60,081 bases of DNA from a virus (taxonomy: Duplodnaviria > Caudoviricetes), in IMG/VR virus record IMGVR_UViG_3300021963_000141, positions 1 through 60,081 of that record; one strand, 5' to 3'. A program made the position numbers and the translations under genes. Below are positions 20,701 to 31,634 of the stretch, piece after piece. Position 1 is the stretch's first letter; every line of letters starts with the position of its first letter. Below the pieces are notes generated by a model. It made no database searches. It saw only the letters and a program-made list of their open reading frames with translations, and was not told the origin of the DNA.

Positions 20701-23700
20701 CAGTTGCTGAAGATGCAACTTTTATGTTCAAGTCATTAACTTTGACAACATATAAAGTCGAGGGTAGTTTATCAGTTGTTCCTATTCCGGATATAGTTGT
20801 GGTTGCTATTCCTATTGGGGAAGAACCAGTTCCGGAATATGAATAACTTATTTCCTCTCCGGTAACAAAGAAGTGGTTTGGAATTGTAATAACATTTTCG
20901 GCAGTATTAACTATCGAAGAACTACCTCCATCAAAATATCTTTGGAAAATAGGATCATTTTGATGCTTTAAGACAAAACTCTTCTTAATGTCATTATCTG
21001 TTCCAGTGTAGATGCCATAATCATAATGCAAACCACCATTGGTTAATAATAATTCACTAGATTCATCAGATAAGTACAATGCAACTTGGAAAACCTTAAC
21101 ATCAACATCAATACCCGCTACTGGAGTAAAATATGTATTTGTATTTGAACCAGAAATTCCTGCAGTTGTTATTCCCAAAGAAGATGCTGTATTTAAGTTT
21201 CCAAATTCTAAAATATAACAATTATTAGTTGTTGTATCGGTAATAGTTAAAAATTCGGCAACCTGATATTGTAAGTTGGTTTTGTCTTCTATACTGATGA
21301 TAGAATATGAGCAGTTATTAAATGTATTGGAATAAGTCGCTATAGTATTTGCTGCTGGGGTTGAACTCGATGCAATAGAAACCGAAGATGAATTTATTGT
21401 AGCTCCTCCTATAGTTTGTGTTCCAACCCCTATTAAACTTGTATTGGCAAGCGAAACGTTAAAAGCATTGACCACATAATTAACCGTTGTAGCTTGGTTT
21501 GGTATCAAATCAATTACTACATTATTTCCAGAAATGTATGCATTATAAGTTCCTATTCCTGATGTAGACTTTGAAATTGGACTATCTGTAGTTAATTGTC
21601 CATAATCAAGCATTAAAACTTCCGAACCATTATGAATGTAGGTTATTTCGTCATATTCATAATAAGAAGAATCTGTCGCTCCAATTTGAACTAAAACTTT
21701 TGATGATCTGTAAGTCGATGCAATACCAACAATAGTTGTTGATGTAGTAGTTCCAGAAGATATTATTGTATTACTTGTATGAATTTTGACAGAAGTTCCT
21801 AAGTTAGTAGTTCCAACTCCACTTACAACATCATTAAGGGAGAATGATAAATTAGATGTATAGTAATCATCAAATTTAAATTTAATTGGATAGAAAAGAA
21901 GATTTCCTTGATTGCCGGATATATTGAAATCAAAGAATCCCAAATCTTTAGAAGAATTCATTCCATACTGATTTATGAATCCAGTAGTGTCATCATGAAC
22001 CAATGAAACTAAAGAAGCTTGAATTTCGTTAGATAATTTTCTATTCTTTATCAAGATAATATATTTTTGAGATCTAAAATCACTAAGAGTAAATGAATCA
22101 ATAACGCTAAAGATTGTTGGTCTAGGATTACTATTAAATTCATTAGAAAGATCATCGACCATCAAAACTCTATTGCCAACTGATTCAATATAATCTTGTA
22201 TTACTCTAGAATTGAAAATTATCTCATCAGATAAAATATTATTATCAATTGTCAAGTTATTTTCTTTTACAAGGTCGAAATCAAATACACAATTTAAGTC
22301 AACAAATCTAGATAGGTCAGCAATTCCAGAAAAATCTCCTTGATTTTGTTCTGTAGAAATTCCTGCACTACCTGAAGTTGATTCTATTATTAGATTACCA
22401 AACTTTTTAAATCCAGCAGTGTGATTTAGATTACTTACTGCATTATCCCAAGTGTTTAAATCTTTTTGTGACTTGAGATCATATGAGAAATATTGATAAT
22501 AATCACTATCATGAACTCTTTGAATATCATTATTTAAAAATCCAGTTTCAGTATTCCATCCTTTTCTAACTACAGAATAAGAATCTATACTATAGTTGGA
22601 ATCTAAAGTCAGAACCCTTTTGATTAATCCGGTAGATCCTGAAGTTTTTCCTCTTATAATTTCATTTTCTACAAAATCTTGAGAGGTAGATACTTTTAAG
22701 TATTGGTTAATAAAATCCCAATATTGAACACTTCCGGAAGCAGATGCAGAATAAACAGTCTCTCCTTGATAGAATGTGTTCTTTTTAAGAACTGGGTTAA
22801 AGATTGGAAACTGTGACTGTGGTATTATCTTTCCTGAGGAATAAAAACTATTAAATATTCCTGGAAAATCTCCATCGGAAATATAACCAGATATATTATA
22901 AGAAACCGTAGCACCAATTCCTCCAATATTTGCATCTAGTGAAGTAATTGTAAAGAGTGAATAGTTATAATTTGAAGAGTTGTAACCTTTTCCTGTTGTT
23001 GCTATCCCAACACTAGTTCCTTCTATTAAAACTTTCTCGCCAATAAAGAAAGGAAAATCTGCAAGACTGCTAAAACTAGAACCTAGAGTTACGGTTACAT
23101 CTTTTGTTGTTGAATTAAATACTATATTATTAATTTTAATCCCATTTGAATTGTTAACTGGAATTATTCTTGGAGTTTCATTACTTATTTCAGTACTATT
23201 TTTTAAAATAGTAACTCTAGAGTCTCCAAAATTATAGTCTAAGACAACATCTTGAATGACTTTATTAGTCAGTCCATCTATAACAACTAATTTTGGTATA
23301 GAATTATAATTTCTGCCAAAAGAACTAATTCCAATATAATCAAAAGTAGATAATGAATCTAGAATTAATATTTCAGGAAGTTTAGCAGTTGGCCTCATAC
23401 TATAGTCTGAGGGATAATTAAAACCAATGTCTTGAATTTCTGTTGATGTAATTCTTCCAATAGAATTGCTATTGGGATTTAAAATCGCTCCAGTACCATT
23501 ATCAGAAATGACAGAAGTAATTCCAGGTAATGAACTATATCCTCTTCCACCATTGAGTAAAGAGATTTTCTGAATAGGACCAGATGCTGAAGTTGATGTT
23601 GTAGAATACTCTATTCCACTAGTATATACTGAAGATTCTGGAGTATCTAAAATGTTATACTTAAATGAAGTTGAAGAAACACCAACAACACTGTAATTTC

Positions 23701-26700
23701 CATTATACCCACTTTCAATCAAATTAATTTCATTGTTAGTTGAAACATCAGTATCAACTATAATTTCTTTTTTAATCTGAGAGTTTAGACCAAGATTAAT
23801 GGGAACAAGATTATAATATAAATTTTCTGGAACATTATCATTAAGTATTAAGGTTACTTTTGCAGTAGAGTCAATTCCTATATTTCCAGTCTTGGTTAAC
23901 TCAAAAATTGTAGATTGTTCTGTTGTATTAAATTCAGTCTTAAATTCATTATCTTTATAAAGTTTAAAATCAAATGCAGAATAAGTAACACCTGCACCAA
24001 TAAAGGAAAGAGAAGAATCTGAAAGATCAAATGATGTTGTTTGATTCTTTATTAGAGATAATGGTGGATTTATGGGAGAAATAGTTCCTGGTTGAGAAGA
24101 TAAAATACTAATCACTTCAGGAACTGATTTTGTTGCTTGATAATAAGTATTGGATAATTTAATCTTATTCGAATCAATAACTACAACATAATAAATTCCT
24201 TCATTAATTAATCCAGATGCCGGTGTTGTTGCAGTATAGATAACTTTTTGTCCAGTATAATACTTATGATTATTAATTGTAATAGTGTTATTATTAGTAT
24301 CAATCGAAGAGAAAGTTCTTGGATTTATTACTAATCTTCTATTATAATCGTCATATTTTACTATAATAGAAGTTGAAACACCTGGATTTACCTTTATAGT
24401 TACGTTATCAAGTATAGATAAACCATGTGTTTCTGCAGTAGAAACTGTAACTACATTTTTATTAATTTGACCTGATAAGGTATTTGAATAATTTGTACTA
24501 AAACTATGAGTATCGCCGGTTCCAACTGAAGTAAAGTATAAAATATTACTTTGTAATGTTGATCCTAAAGAAACAAATGTTCCAGTTGAACCTAATCCAA
24601 CTTTTACTGTTGAAATTCCTATCAGATCATTAGAAATTTTTGCAGCATAAACTATGGATTTTTCACCTAACACAAAGGAAGAAGAACCATTAGTGGAAAC
24701 TGATATTCTAGTTCCTCCGTTTGAGGAATAGATTAAGGAATCTCCTGTGTTTAAGTTATGGTCTTTAATATAAATTGTTTGTGTTGGAATTGTAATCTGA
24801 GTAATTCCAGCACCTGGATTTGAGAAATAAATGGTACTTACTATTCCAACACCAGAAGTTGTCCCCAATCCAACAGATTCTGTGGGACTAAAATAAAGTT
24901 CTTTATCGTCATCAAAATTGTATGATGTTGAAATTCCAAAATTAAGTTTAAACTTCCTCGTTTTTTCCGTTAAAGTAACTCCAGCCGAATAAGTTGTTAA
25001 ACCAGATGTTCCATTTTGATTGCGGATAACTCTAATTCTGGAGGAGAGAGTGTCGATATTTAAAATTTTGACTTCTTCGCTTCCTATTTGGTAAATATCA
25101 TTTTCTTTGATGTTTGGATAATTTAAGTTACCAGAAACATTGAAGTAAGTTACTATCCCAGTATACTGATCTGAACCAACTCCAGTCGTTAATGTTAGGC
25201 TATTATTATTAACTGTTATATTACCTGATTTTTTGTAATCATAACTACCAGTAAAAGTAATTAAATCGTTATTGGAGTAGTTATGTGGTATTGAAGTAAA
25301 ACCAATAAATTCTCTATCATAGGGATAAAATTTAACATTATTAAATGATGAAGTTGCAATACTAATTTGGGTTACAGATTTGCCTTTTATCTGAGAAACT
25401 TTTGCCTTGGCACTTTGTATAGAAGAACCACTAAAGACTACTTTATCATTAATTTTGTAATTTTGTCCTCCGGTTTCAATTCCTATAGAATCAACAGATC
25501 CTGTAGAAATACTTTTAACAATAGAATTTTGAAGTTTAACTTTATTTGGATTAAAAATATAATCGTATAGTGGAAGATTATATGGTGTAGTATTTCTTCT
25601 CCAACCAGATTCATTTATATCAATATCATCTTGATTTGAAGAACTTTCAAAATTAAACCCAATTGGTTTTGATTTATAATAAGGTCCTATAATATAAGGG
25701 AATACTGGTTTTTTGTAATTAGCAAAAAGACCAGAAGATTCTACGGATCCACTATTAATTGTTGCAAAATATGCATAAACTCCATTTGGATACTCTGGCG
25801 TAACACCAAACCTACCATTATTTTCATCTAAATCGCCATTACCAAAATAAGTATAATCTTCTACAAAAAATCCTTGTGGATAAATTGAAGTTCTTGGTCT
25901 ATTAGATTGTAGTAATAATTGATATCCTGGAACTAGACATTTTACTGCTCCACCATCTTTTGAAGAATATCCATAAGGACCATAGATTGGATTTCCATCA
26001 TACGCCCATCCAATTATGGGAGAGTGTGCATTTGAAATAATTTCTTTATTATCCAGTAATTGTAAATCAGATACATATACTTTCTTACCATCCCTAAATC
26101 TTGTTGCTTGTACGGAAGATCTTAGAGGGCGAGGAGCATATGCATGAGTATATTCTAATCCATAATCACTATTCAATCCAGATGACAATATTCCATCATC
26201 TTCCTCTATTTGGGAATTTTGTAATAGTCTTTCTACACAATTTATTTTCCATGACTTTATTTGTGCTTCTAACTTCGCTCCATTTCCGGATGGTATTACA
26301 TCTATAGAAGTATTTGATGCTTGATATCCATCTCCACCATATATAACCCTAACACTAACTAAAGACCCATTGGAAAGGATAGGAGTCAGTAATGCGCCAA
26401 CACCGTCTCCATTAATTTTGAGAGTTGGCGGAGAATTATATTGACTACCAGAACTATTGACTAAAACGTCAACAATCTTACCATCCGAAACTACTGGAGT
26501 TATCTGGGCTCCTGTACCAGATTTTAACTCAAATAATGGTTGACGATTGTGATTAATAATCTCTTCAGATCCATACTGCTCCCCGCCAGACTGAATTGAT
26601 ACTGATTGTATTTGTCCTCTAAAAATAGGATTAACAGATGCGCTGAAGTCTTGACCAGAAAGTGTAGAAACTCCTATTCTTCCTTTTACAGTAACTTTAA

Positions 26701-29700
26701 TTTCTGGATAGTTAAATTTATGAATTCCACTTCCAGTAGAAGTCAAATTGATGTATTGCTTGGTATCATAGTAAAAAGATGTGGTAATTCCCAAAGTTCC
26801 AATTCCAAGTTGAGATAACTTAAATTGATTATCATCTATTTTGGTAATATAATATGAAGTGTTAGAGGACAGTCCTCCTATTGATGTTTCTGTGGCATTA
26901 TAGACAACAATCTCACCACTTTGGTATCCATGTTCAGATATTTCAATAATATCTGAAGAGGTATTGATACCACTAATACTAGTAGTTGTTAGTTTATTTT
27001 GATAATTTATTCCACTATTTTCTATGGTAATAGAACCTATTTTTTTCTTTTTTTCTTTTGACTTAAATGAGTGATTTCCTATTCCATAGGATGTTAGACT
27101 TATCGTATTAATACCTGATACTGCATCTGAAAAAGACTTATGTAGTTTTACATTGAAACCATCCTGAACAGAAACGTAGTATGAAGAATTTGTAGACAAT
27201 CCTCCTATAGATGCCTGCCCATTAGTTACATAGATTACTTCCTCAGAATCTCTGAATTTATGATAACTTGAAAATCCAATTTTATTAGTTGGATTTAATT
27301 TAACTAAATCTGCTGACCCCTGAGAATTAAATGAAGCAGAGTGGTCAAAACTAACTAAATTTACAATTGCTGATGCTCCAGTCCCATTTCCACCAACAAT
27401 GCTAATTTTTGGATCATCAAGATAATCAAATCCAGAGTCTAGAATATCAATTCTTTCCAATCCACCAATTACTGAACAATTTGCAGTGGCTCCAAATCCT
27501 ATGGGGTCCACAATTGTCAATACAGGAGGATTAATAATATCATAATCAAATCCAGGTGCTATTGGAATAATTTTTTCGATTGGTCCATAGTATACGTTGT
27601 CATTAGATTTATAATTGAGAATTTCAACACCATTTATAAAAATACCAGTTAATCCAGGATTTGTTTCATATGAATTTCCATCATTTTCTGGATTTATGAT
27701 TTTTCTAATTAACTTTTGCGATTCTAATAACTGTGTACTTAAATCTCTATAGGTAAATTCTGTTAGTTCAAATTTTGCGTCAATGACAGTTCCATTAACT
27801 GAAACAAAATTTTCAGTAAAAATATTACTTCTACTTCTCGCTAGTTTTATTTGAGTGCCACTTACCTTTTTAACAAAATAAACACCAGTCGCTATTCCCA
27901 AGTTAGTCTGGGATGTTGGTTTATAAACGACAGAATCTCCAGTATAAAGGCCATGCTGTCCAATATTTAAAGTTGTTCCACTGAAAGATCCACTAAAAAC
28001 TATTGAACGATCATTTATTTTTAAGGTTTGATTTAGATAAGATGGTAGTGATGGTGAAGAAACATATAATGCATTATCATTTTCATAATAAACATTTTGT
28101 ACGTTTGATGTATATTTGTTTACTAAAGGATAATTTTGTGATGATACTTTAGATACGTTTTTCTTAGCAGTATAAGTTATACTTGTGTCTAATAGTGGAC
28201 TTTCTGAACCCAGTTGAATACTAAAAGACTTTTCATTGATAAAAGAACCAACAAAACCAGTGTATTCTACTCCACTTGAAGACAAAAGTGTTACAGAGTT
28301 TCCAACTTTAAAGAAGTGATCGTCAGAAAGAATGACTCTATAAGATTTATCAGAACTATCTAAAAGTTCTATAGACTTTACATCATATTTTACAGGAATA
28401 TTAAAAAACCAGTTGTTTGATTTGTAATCCTTTAAGTCTATTCCAAGAGTTTTTATTTTTATGCTATCATTTTTAGAATAAAAACGAGTATTATCTGGTA
28501 AATTAAATTCGGAAAGAACACCAAGAATTCTAATTTTTGTTTGACTTGTAGTTCCAAGTCCAACATAACCATATGCATATTCATTTGTTTTTATTTCAGT
28601 AGAATCTGGAATATTTTGAATTATTCCAGTACAACCTAAAAATTGATTTAATGTTTTTGTTTGATATGTGATATTTAAAGAAGTTCCATTTTCAAGATCG
28701 ACGACGAGATTTCCATTCTCTAGAGGAAATCCTACGGTGGAATCTACTTCTAACGTTTCTGACCCAGAGGGTGTAAAAGAAAGTGTTTTTGTTTTAGGGT
28801 GAACTGTAAATTTACCATAAACACTCCCCCTTTCTACGCCAATGTCTTTAATGTAATCATAATCTAAACTTATGGTGTAATAATTTTTTGAACCCCTTAC
28901 AATTTCTTCAACTTTTGTAATTGTTCCCTGAGCAATTATTTTGTCATCATATTTTTCATAAAGAGTTTTATTAACCAAATCTTCTGGATTACCTTCAATC
29001 TTTTCTACAACTAAATCGGAAGTAATTCTATACTGAGCATCTGATGGTTGTATTAAATAATCTCTTGGTTTTATGACCTCAACATTTTGACCATAAAGTG
29101 CTCCAAATAAAATTTTAAATGAATTATCCGTACCTTTTGATGAGTAAAAGTCTATTGACTGTTTTATGAATAGACCTTCATTTAACTCCGAATATAAATC
29201 TCTCTCTTCAAAACCTGGAGTTACTTGTTTTTTAACCTTAATCAAAAATTCTTTGAGAAAAAGAATACTTAAATTAGTAACTGTTGCTCCTGTGAGATGT
29301 TCTTGTGCTTCAGTTTCAGTAAATGTTAATTCGTCTTTAATTTTATAAGAAGTTACTCCACTAAATCCACGTACACAACCTTGAAAAGTTGTGGAAGTCT
29401 TCGAAGTATAGGTAATGATTTCAGAATCAATTAAAAGTAAACCATATGATTCTGGAAATCCAGCAGTTGAACTTACATTAACTGTAGAATCAAAAAAAGT
29501 TACGTTTGATGTTAAAGATGTTGAATCAACTAAGTTAGTTAATCGATCAATCTTAATATATTGATCAATATTCTGAAGTATATCACTTACGCCACCCTGA
29601 TTTTCTAGTGAAGTATAATACTGCGATAAAAATTCTGAGGCAAGAGGAAACTCTTCTAGAACAAACTGAGGTAGTTGATTTTCAACAATTGAACTGATTT

Positions 29701-29719
29701 TGATTCTGGTTTCTGTCAT
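17768..29719 (-). CDS. gp7: Baseplate wedge initiator, gp7-like giant protein (3983 aa)
   Basis: N-terminus QLPQFV..EF..YY..FYSSKGT..SFKILF, QDSDYYQYFSY..HTAGFK motif, and position between gp6 and gp8. Contains an internal YHYH-like segment and many beta-rich repeats. Confidence 0.85.
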   Translation of the reverse strand: MTETRIKISSIVENQLPQFVLEEFPLASEFLSQYYTSLENQGGVSDILQNIDQYIKIDRLTNLVDSTSLTSNVTFFDSTVNVSSTAGFPESYGLLLIDSEIITYTSKTSTTFQGCVRGFSGVTSYKIKDELTFTETEAQEHLTGATVTNLSILFLKEFLIKVKKQVTPGFEERDLYSELNEGLFIKQSIDFYSSKGTDNSFKILFGALYGQNVEVIKPRDYLIQPSDAQYRITSDLVVEKIEGNPEDLVNKTLYEKYDDKIIAQGTITKVEEIVRGSKNYYTISLDYDYIKDIGVERGSVYGKFTVHPKTKTLSFTPSGSETLEVDSTVGFPLENGNLVVDLENGTSLNITYQTKTLNQFLGCTGIIQNIPDSTEIKTNEYAYGYVGLGTTSQTKIRILGVLSEFNLPDNTRFYSKNDSIKIKTLGIDLKDYKSNNWFFNIPVKYDVKSIELLDSSDKSYRVILSDDHFFKVGNSVTLLSSSGVEYTGFVGSFINEKSFSIQLGSESPLLDTSITYTAKKNVSKVSSQNYPLVNKYTSNVQNVYYENDNALYVSSPSLPSYLNQTLKINDRSIVFSGSFSGTTLNIGQHGLYTGDSVVYKPTSQTNLGIATGVYFVKKVSGTQIKLARSRSNIFTENFVSVNGTVIDAKFELTEFTYRDLSTQLLESQKLIRKIINPENDGNSYETNPGLTGIFINGVEILNYKSNDNVYYGPIEKIIPIAPGFDYDIINPPVLTIVDPIGFGATANCSVIGGLERIDILDSGFDYLDDPKISIVGGNGTGASAIVNLVSFDHSASFNSQGSADLVKLNPTNKIGFSSYHKFRDSEEVIYVTNGQASIGGLSTNSSYYVSVQDGFNVKLHKSFSDAVSGINTISLTSYGIGNHSFKSKEKKKKIGSITIENSGINYQNKLTTTSISGINTSSDIIEISEHGYQSGEIVVYNATETSIGGLSSNTSYYITKIDDNQFKLSQLGIGTLGITTSFYYDTKQYINLTSTGSGIHKFNYPEIKVTVKGRIGVSTLSGQDFSASVNPIFRGQIQSVSIQSGGEQYGSEEIINHNRQPLFELKSGTGAQITPVVSDGKIVDVLVNSSGSQYNSPPTLKINGDGVGALLTPILSNGSLVSVRVIYGGDGYQASNTSIDVIPSGNGAKLEAQIKSWKINCVERLLQNSQIEEDDGILSSGLNSDYGLEYTHAYAPRPLRSSVQATRFRDGKKVYVSDLQLLDNKEIISNAHSPIIGWAYDGNPIYGPYGYSSKDGGAVKCLVPGYQLLLQSNRPRTSIYPQGFFVEDYTYFGNGDLDENNGRFGVTPEYPNGVYAYFATINSGSVESSGLFANYKKPVFPYIIGPYYKSKPIGFNFESSSNQDDIDINESGWRRNTTPYNLPLYDYIFNPNKVKLQNSIVKSISTGSVDSIGIETGGQNYKINDKVVFSGSSIQSAKAKVSQIKGKSVTQISIATSSFNNVKFYPYDREFIGFTSIPHNYSNNDLITFTGSYDYKKSGNITVNNNSLTLTTGVGSDQYTGIVTYFNVSGNLNYPNIKENDIYQIGSEEVKILNIDTLSSRIRVIRNQNGTSGLTTYSAGVTLTEKTRKFKLNFGISTSYNFDDDKELYFSPTESVGLGTTSGVGIVSTIYFSNPGAGITQITIPTQTIYIKDHNLNTGDSLIYSSNGGTRISVSTNGSSSFVLGEKSIVYAAKISNDLIGISTVKVGLGSTGTFVSLGSTLQSNILYFTSVGTGDTHSFSTNYSNTLSGQINKNVVTVSTAETHGLSILDNVTIKVNPGVSTSIIVKYDDYNRRLVINPRTFSSIDTNNNTITINNHKYYTGQKVIYTATTPASGLINEGIYYVVVIDSNKIKLSNTYYQATKSVPEVISILSSQPGTISPINPPLSLIKNQTTSFDLSDSSLSFIGAGVTYSAFDFKLYKDNEFKTEFNTTEQSTIFELTKTGNIGIDSTAKVTLILNDNVPENLYYNLVPINLGLNSQIKKEIIVDTDVSTNNEINLIESGYNGNYSVVGVSSTSFKYNILDTPESSVYTSGIEYSTTSTSASGPIQKISLLNGGRGYSSLPGITSVISDNGTGAILNPNSNSIGRITSTEIQDIGFNYPSDYSMRPTAKLPEILILDSLSTFDYIGISSFGRNYNSIPKLVVIDGLTNKVIQDVVLDYNFGDSRVTILKNSTEISNETPRIIPVNNSNGIKINNIVFNSTTKDVTVTLGSSFSSLADFPFFIGEKVLIEGTSVGIATTGKGYNSSNYNYSLFTITSLDANIGGIGATVSYNISGYISDGDFPGIFNSFYSSGKIIPQSQFPIFNPVLKKNTFYQGETVYSASASGSVQYWDFINQYLKVSTSQDFVENEIIRGKTSGSTGLIKRVLTLDSNYSIDSYSVVRKGWNTETGFLNNDIQRVHDSDYYQYFSYDLKSQKDLNTWDNAVSNLNHTAGFKKFGNLIIESTSGSAGISTEQNQGDFSGIADLSRFVDLNCVFDFDLVKENNLTIDNNILSDEIIFNSRVIQDYIESVGNRVLMVDDLSNEFNSNPRPTIFSVIDSFTLSDFRSQKYIILIKNRKLSNEIQASLVSLVHDDTTGFINQYGMNSSKDLGFFDFNISGNQGNLLFYPIKFKFDDYYTSNLSFSLNDVVSGVGTTNLGTSVKIHTSNTIISSGTTTSTTIVGIASTYRSSKVLVQIGATDSSYYEYDEITYIHNGSEVLMLDYGQLTTDSPISKSTSGIGTYNAYISGNNVVIDLIPNQATTVNYVVNAFNVSLANTSLIGVGTQTIGGATINSSSVSIASSSTPAANTIATYSNTFNNCSYSIISIEDKTNLQYQVAEFLTITDTTTNNCYILEFGNLNTASSLGITTAGISGSNTNTYFTPVAGIDVDVKVFQVALYLSDESSELLLTNGGLHYDYGIYTGTDNDIKKSFVLKHQNDPIFQRYFDGGSSSIVNTAENVITIPNHFFVTGEEISYSYSGTGSSPIGIATTTISGIGTTDKLPSTLYVVKVNDLNIKVASSATDALKSIPNVLDITSVGIGTSHFFTSRNQNKKSIISIDNVIQSPLTSTAVTTTLSKNVGLFESEISISGITSIFGGDLLKIDNEIMRVTSVGVGSTNAISVLRPWLGTGLSTHISSSLVTKVIGNYNIVDNVIHFDEAPYGKVPILNPTNRADEVDYVGIETGATFTGRVFLRSGEENTSTEPYSKNYVFDDISNNFNGLDKTFTLKSSGSNVIGMSTDNAIVLINDVFQGPNAPGITDSYNLVETAGITTITFIGNSASTTYDINTASIPRGGIILSVGSTQGFGYQPLVAAGGTAIVSSAGTIQSISIGNSGSGYRVGIQTVVNVGVKTESKGTPNIEFIGTALVSNGNIVSVDITNPGAGYTTSNPPDVVFDYPLSYSNLPLVYSSQSSMGIGTGAVVDIVVGQGSSVISFELKNLGYGYKRREILTVSIGGTAGIPTNTSLSFSEFQITVDDVRYDKFSAWSVGKLQVIDPLDSLFDGNRKSFPILINGNQTTIRSRRGSNIDVQATLLIFINDVLQVPGDGYTFNGGSIITFSEAPKEGDISRILFYRGTGDLDTQTVDVLETVKIGDDVLITDDSINLSQQDRVVTTIVSSDIINTNLYPGPGVTQDEELLRPLTWCRQTEDRVVNGSYVGKDRVIYEPYIQPTTNIIQNIGIGSTSIFVESVKAFFDSEKEYVHDGTNEKPQNKILIISQDSITSAAATAIVSLSGTISSIVISDGGVGYSTTPVVTIASPVGFGTTAAQNTAKASATISGGVVTGVAITVPGSGYSSAEPPAVLIETPSLKYESIDKVSYEGDFGLISGIKTTSVGVASTGIVFDFFIPKDSILRNSEIVKVGVATTGISGIQTGYYFTVSKSNVGNGLTSLNSTGGIVGVGTTFIDNIYQVVSVSIAQTAVPGIGITNVAKVTVSVSSYNGLTGLGFSGFYGEYSWGRILTPIRPNPQEFISYANIAGISSSPIVQRYNKLKYIGYSTT

Positions 29720-29723
29720 TTTA

Positions 29724-31634
29724 TTATATTCTTACGAGGTCTCCGTTAGTGTAGCTTGATGTAACCTTATACGTTGATCCAGACACATCTGAACCAGAAG
29801 AAATTTCATCAGATAACATATTTAATACACTGTTATTAATATCTAGTTGCAAATACAAATCCTGCAATCCAATCACATCATTAGACTTTGGAACAGTAGA
29901 TATTTGAATAACTGGTTGAGAGAATGAAGTTTTTGAAGTTGCTGACATATTCACTGGATATAATCTTATCTCACCCTTTACATAATCAATTTTACCGACA
30001 TTTTTTCTCACTATTATTGGTTGATTTGCTGATTGCAATTTAAAGAAAAATATATTTCCATACAATCCATCAGAATCTGGAATATCTGACATATAAAGTA
30101 CGTCATTTATCCCAGCAATACGGAATCCAGATGACTTAATATTGTATCCATTCATACTCTTGATATGAAACTCGTTTCCATAACAAATTTCATAGTCAGC
30201 AAATTTATTTAATTCTACTCTTAAGTCACGCCTTATTACTACTTTAGTAATGTTGGATGTAACTGCGGAATCAGAATCGTCAATTATCTTTAGATATTTG
30301 CTATATTTAAATCTTGCACCATACTTATTGAGTTCTTTTGAATTTGCATAATTCTTGATATTATCCGAAATAATAGTTTTTAAGTAGTTTGGATCATTAG
30401 TTGAATTTGAATTATAATAAGCAGTTACGTCTGTTTCAAGATAAAGATACTTGAGATCGATTATTTCTGGAACTATTCCTGCAACAGAATATCTTCTCAG
30501 AGATCTTTCAATGTTATCTTTAACTTGGTTTGAAACAAACGGTCCATTAATTGGTTTAATGCTAATAAAAACTCTTCCATACTTTGGAGGTGTTAAATCT
30601 TCCCCACCAAAAACAGATATTGATTCTGCTTCTGGGTAAATTGTAGGAATGATTGTTTCATAATCAGTTGCAGTAACTGCTCTATTTTGTGAAGAATATT
30701 TTCTTGGAGCGTATTTTTTAATTGACTCAACAGATTCAATCTCTCTACCATTTTGAGATTGTGAATTTGTCGTAATTAAAGAAATGCCAGTTGTAACTAC
30801 TCTATTGTTATTATCTACAATACGACCATTAAAACTAAATGATGAAACACCATTTGCACTTTCACCATTTGTTACATTGTAGAAGACTTCAATGTAGTTT
30901 AAATTAGAAAGTTTTTTGCCAAAAACACCATCACCAAAGAATAATTCATATCTTTGGTCTTCAATTTCTTGAATAAAAAATACTCTTGACTCTGAAGTTA
31001 TATCAAAAAGATTTTTTGCTAACTTATAAGTTCTTTTTACTGTGCTTGATTGAGTATCTCTTACAAATACATTAATTGATTCTACATCAATATTTGGATT
31101 ATCTAAAATAAATCTTTGATTAGGATTATTAGAATCGACTGTAAAATTATTAACGACATATGATCCTTCATAAACATCAACGTTTTGGAAAAAAGCAATT
31201 CCATTCACTACAGGAACAGTTACATCCTGTGAAATTATGAAAGAAAAACTTTGATTACCGAAAGAAGTATTTGAGGTGCAAACAACACCACTTTTTAAGG
31301 TTAAAGTAAGTGGATTAGTCGTAAAACCAGTTGTATCTACGAAGAAAGAAATATTTGCCTTTGATGCTGAACGAGAATGTGGAACATAACCTATGTTTCT
31401 TGCTAAAGAAACAACGTTTTCTCTGAGTGTTGCACTATCTATAAAGACCTCATTGCTAATCATATTAGCATTATATGAGGAAATGTATGTATTGTATGCT
31501 AAAACATCAAGTAGTATTGAAAGATTCGAACCTTCAAAATCATAGTCAGTAAAATTCGAATTCGCTCTTAGATACTCACGAATTGAACTTTTTATTTGAT
31601 CGAAATCTAGATTAGTAAAATTGACTAGTGCCAT
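29724..31634 (-). CDS. gp6: Baseplate wedge subunit
   Basis: LDFDQIK..FTDYDFEGSNLS.LLDVLAYNTY, DSATLRENVVSLARNIGY, FGDG, QNRAVTATDY. Confidence 0.96.
   Translation of the reverse strand: MALVNFTNLDFDQIKSSIREYLRANSNFTDYDFEGSNLSILLDVLAYNTYISSYNANMISNEVFIDSATLRENVVSLARNIGYVPHSRSASKANISFFVDTTGFTTNPLTLTLKSGVVCTSNTSFGNQSFSFIISQDVTVPVVNGIAFFQNVDVYEGSYVVNNFTVDSNNPNQRFILDNPNIDVESINVFVRDTQSSTVKRTYKLAKNLFDITSESRVFFIQEIEDQRYELFFGDGVFGKKLSNLNYIEVFYNVTNGESANGVSSFSFNGRIVDNNNRVVTTGISLITTNSQSQNGREIESVESIKKYAPRKYSSQNRAVTATDYETIIPTIYPEAESISVFGGEDLTPPKYGRVFISIKPINGPFVSNQVKDNIERSLRRYSVAGIVPEIIDLKYLYLETDVTAYYNSNSTNDPNYLKTIISDNIKNYANSKELNKYGARFKYSKYLKIIDDSDSAVTSNITKVVIRRDLRVELNKFADYEICYGNEFHIKSMNGYNIKSSGFRIAGINDVLYMSDIPDSDGLYGNIFFFKLQSANQPIIVRKNVGKIDYVKGEIRLYPVNMSATSKTSFSQPVIQISTVPKSNDVIGLQDLYLQLDINNSVLNMLSDEISSGSDVSGSTYKVTSSYTNGDLVRI

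Noticed and set aside
349-31634. Inteins or introns in gp17 and the giant structural genes
   Set aside because: The frames are uninterrupted, gp17 is of normal length, and I noticed no splice-junction or LAGLIDADG motifs by eye.
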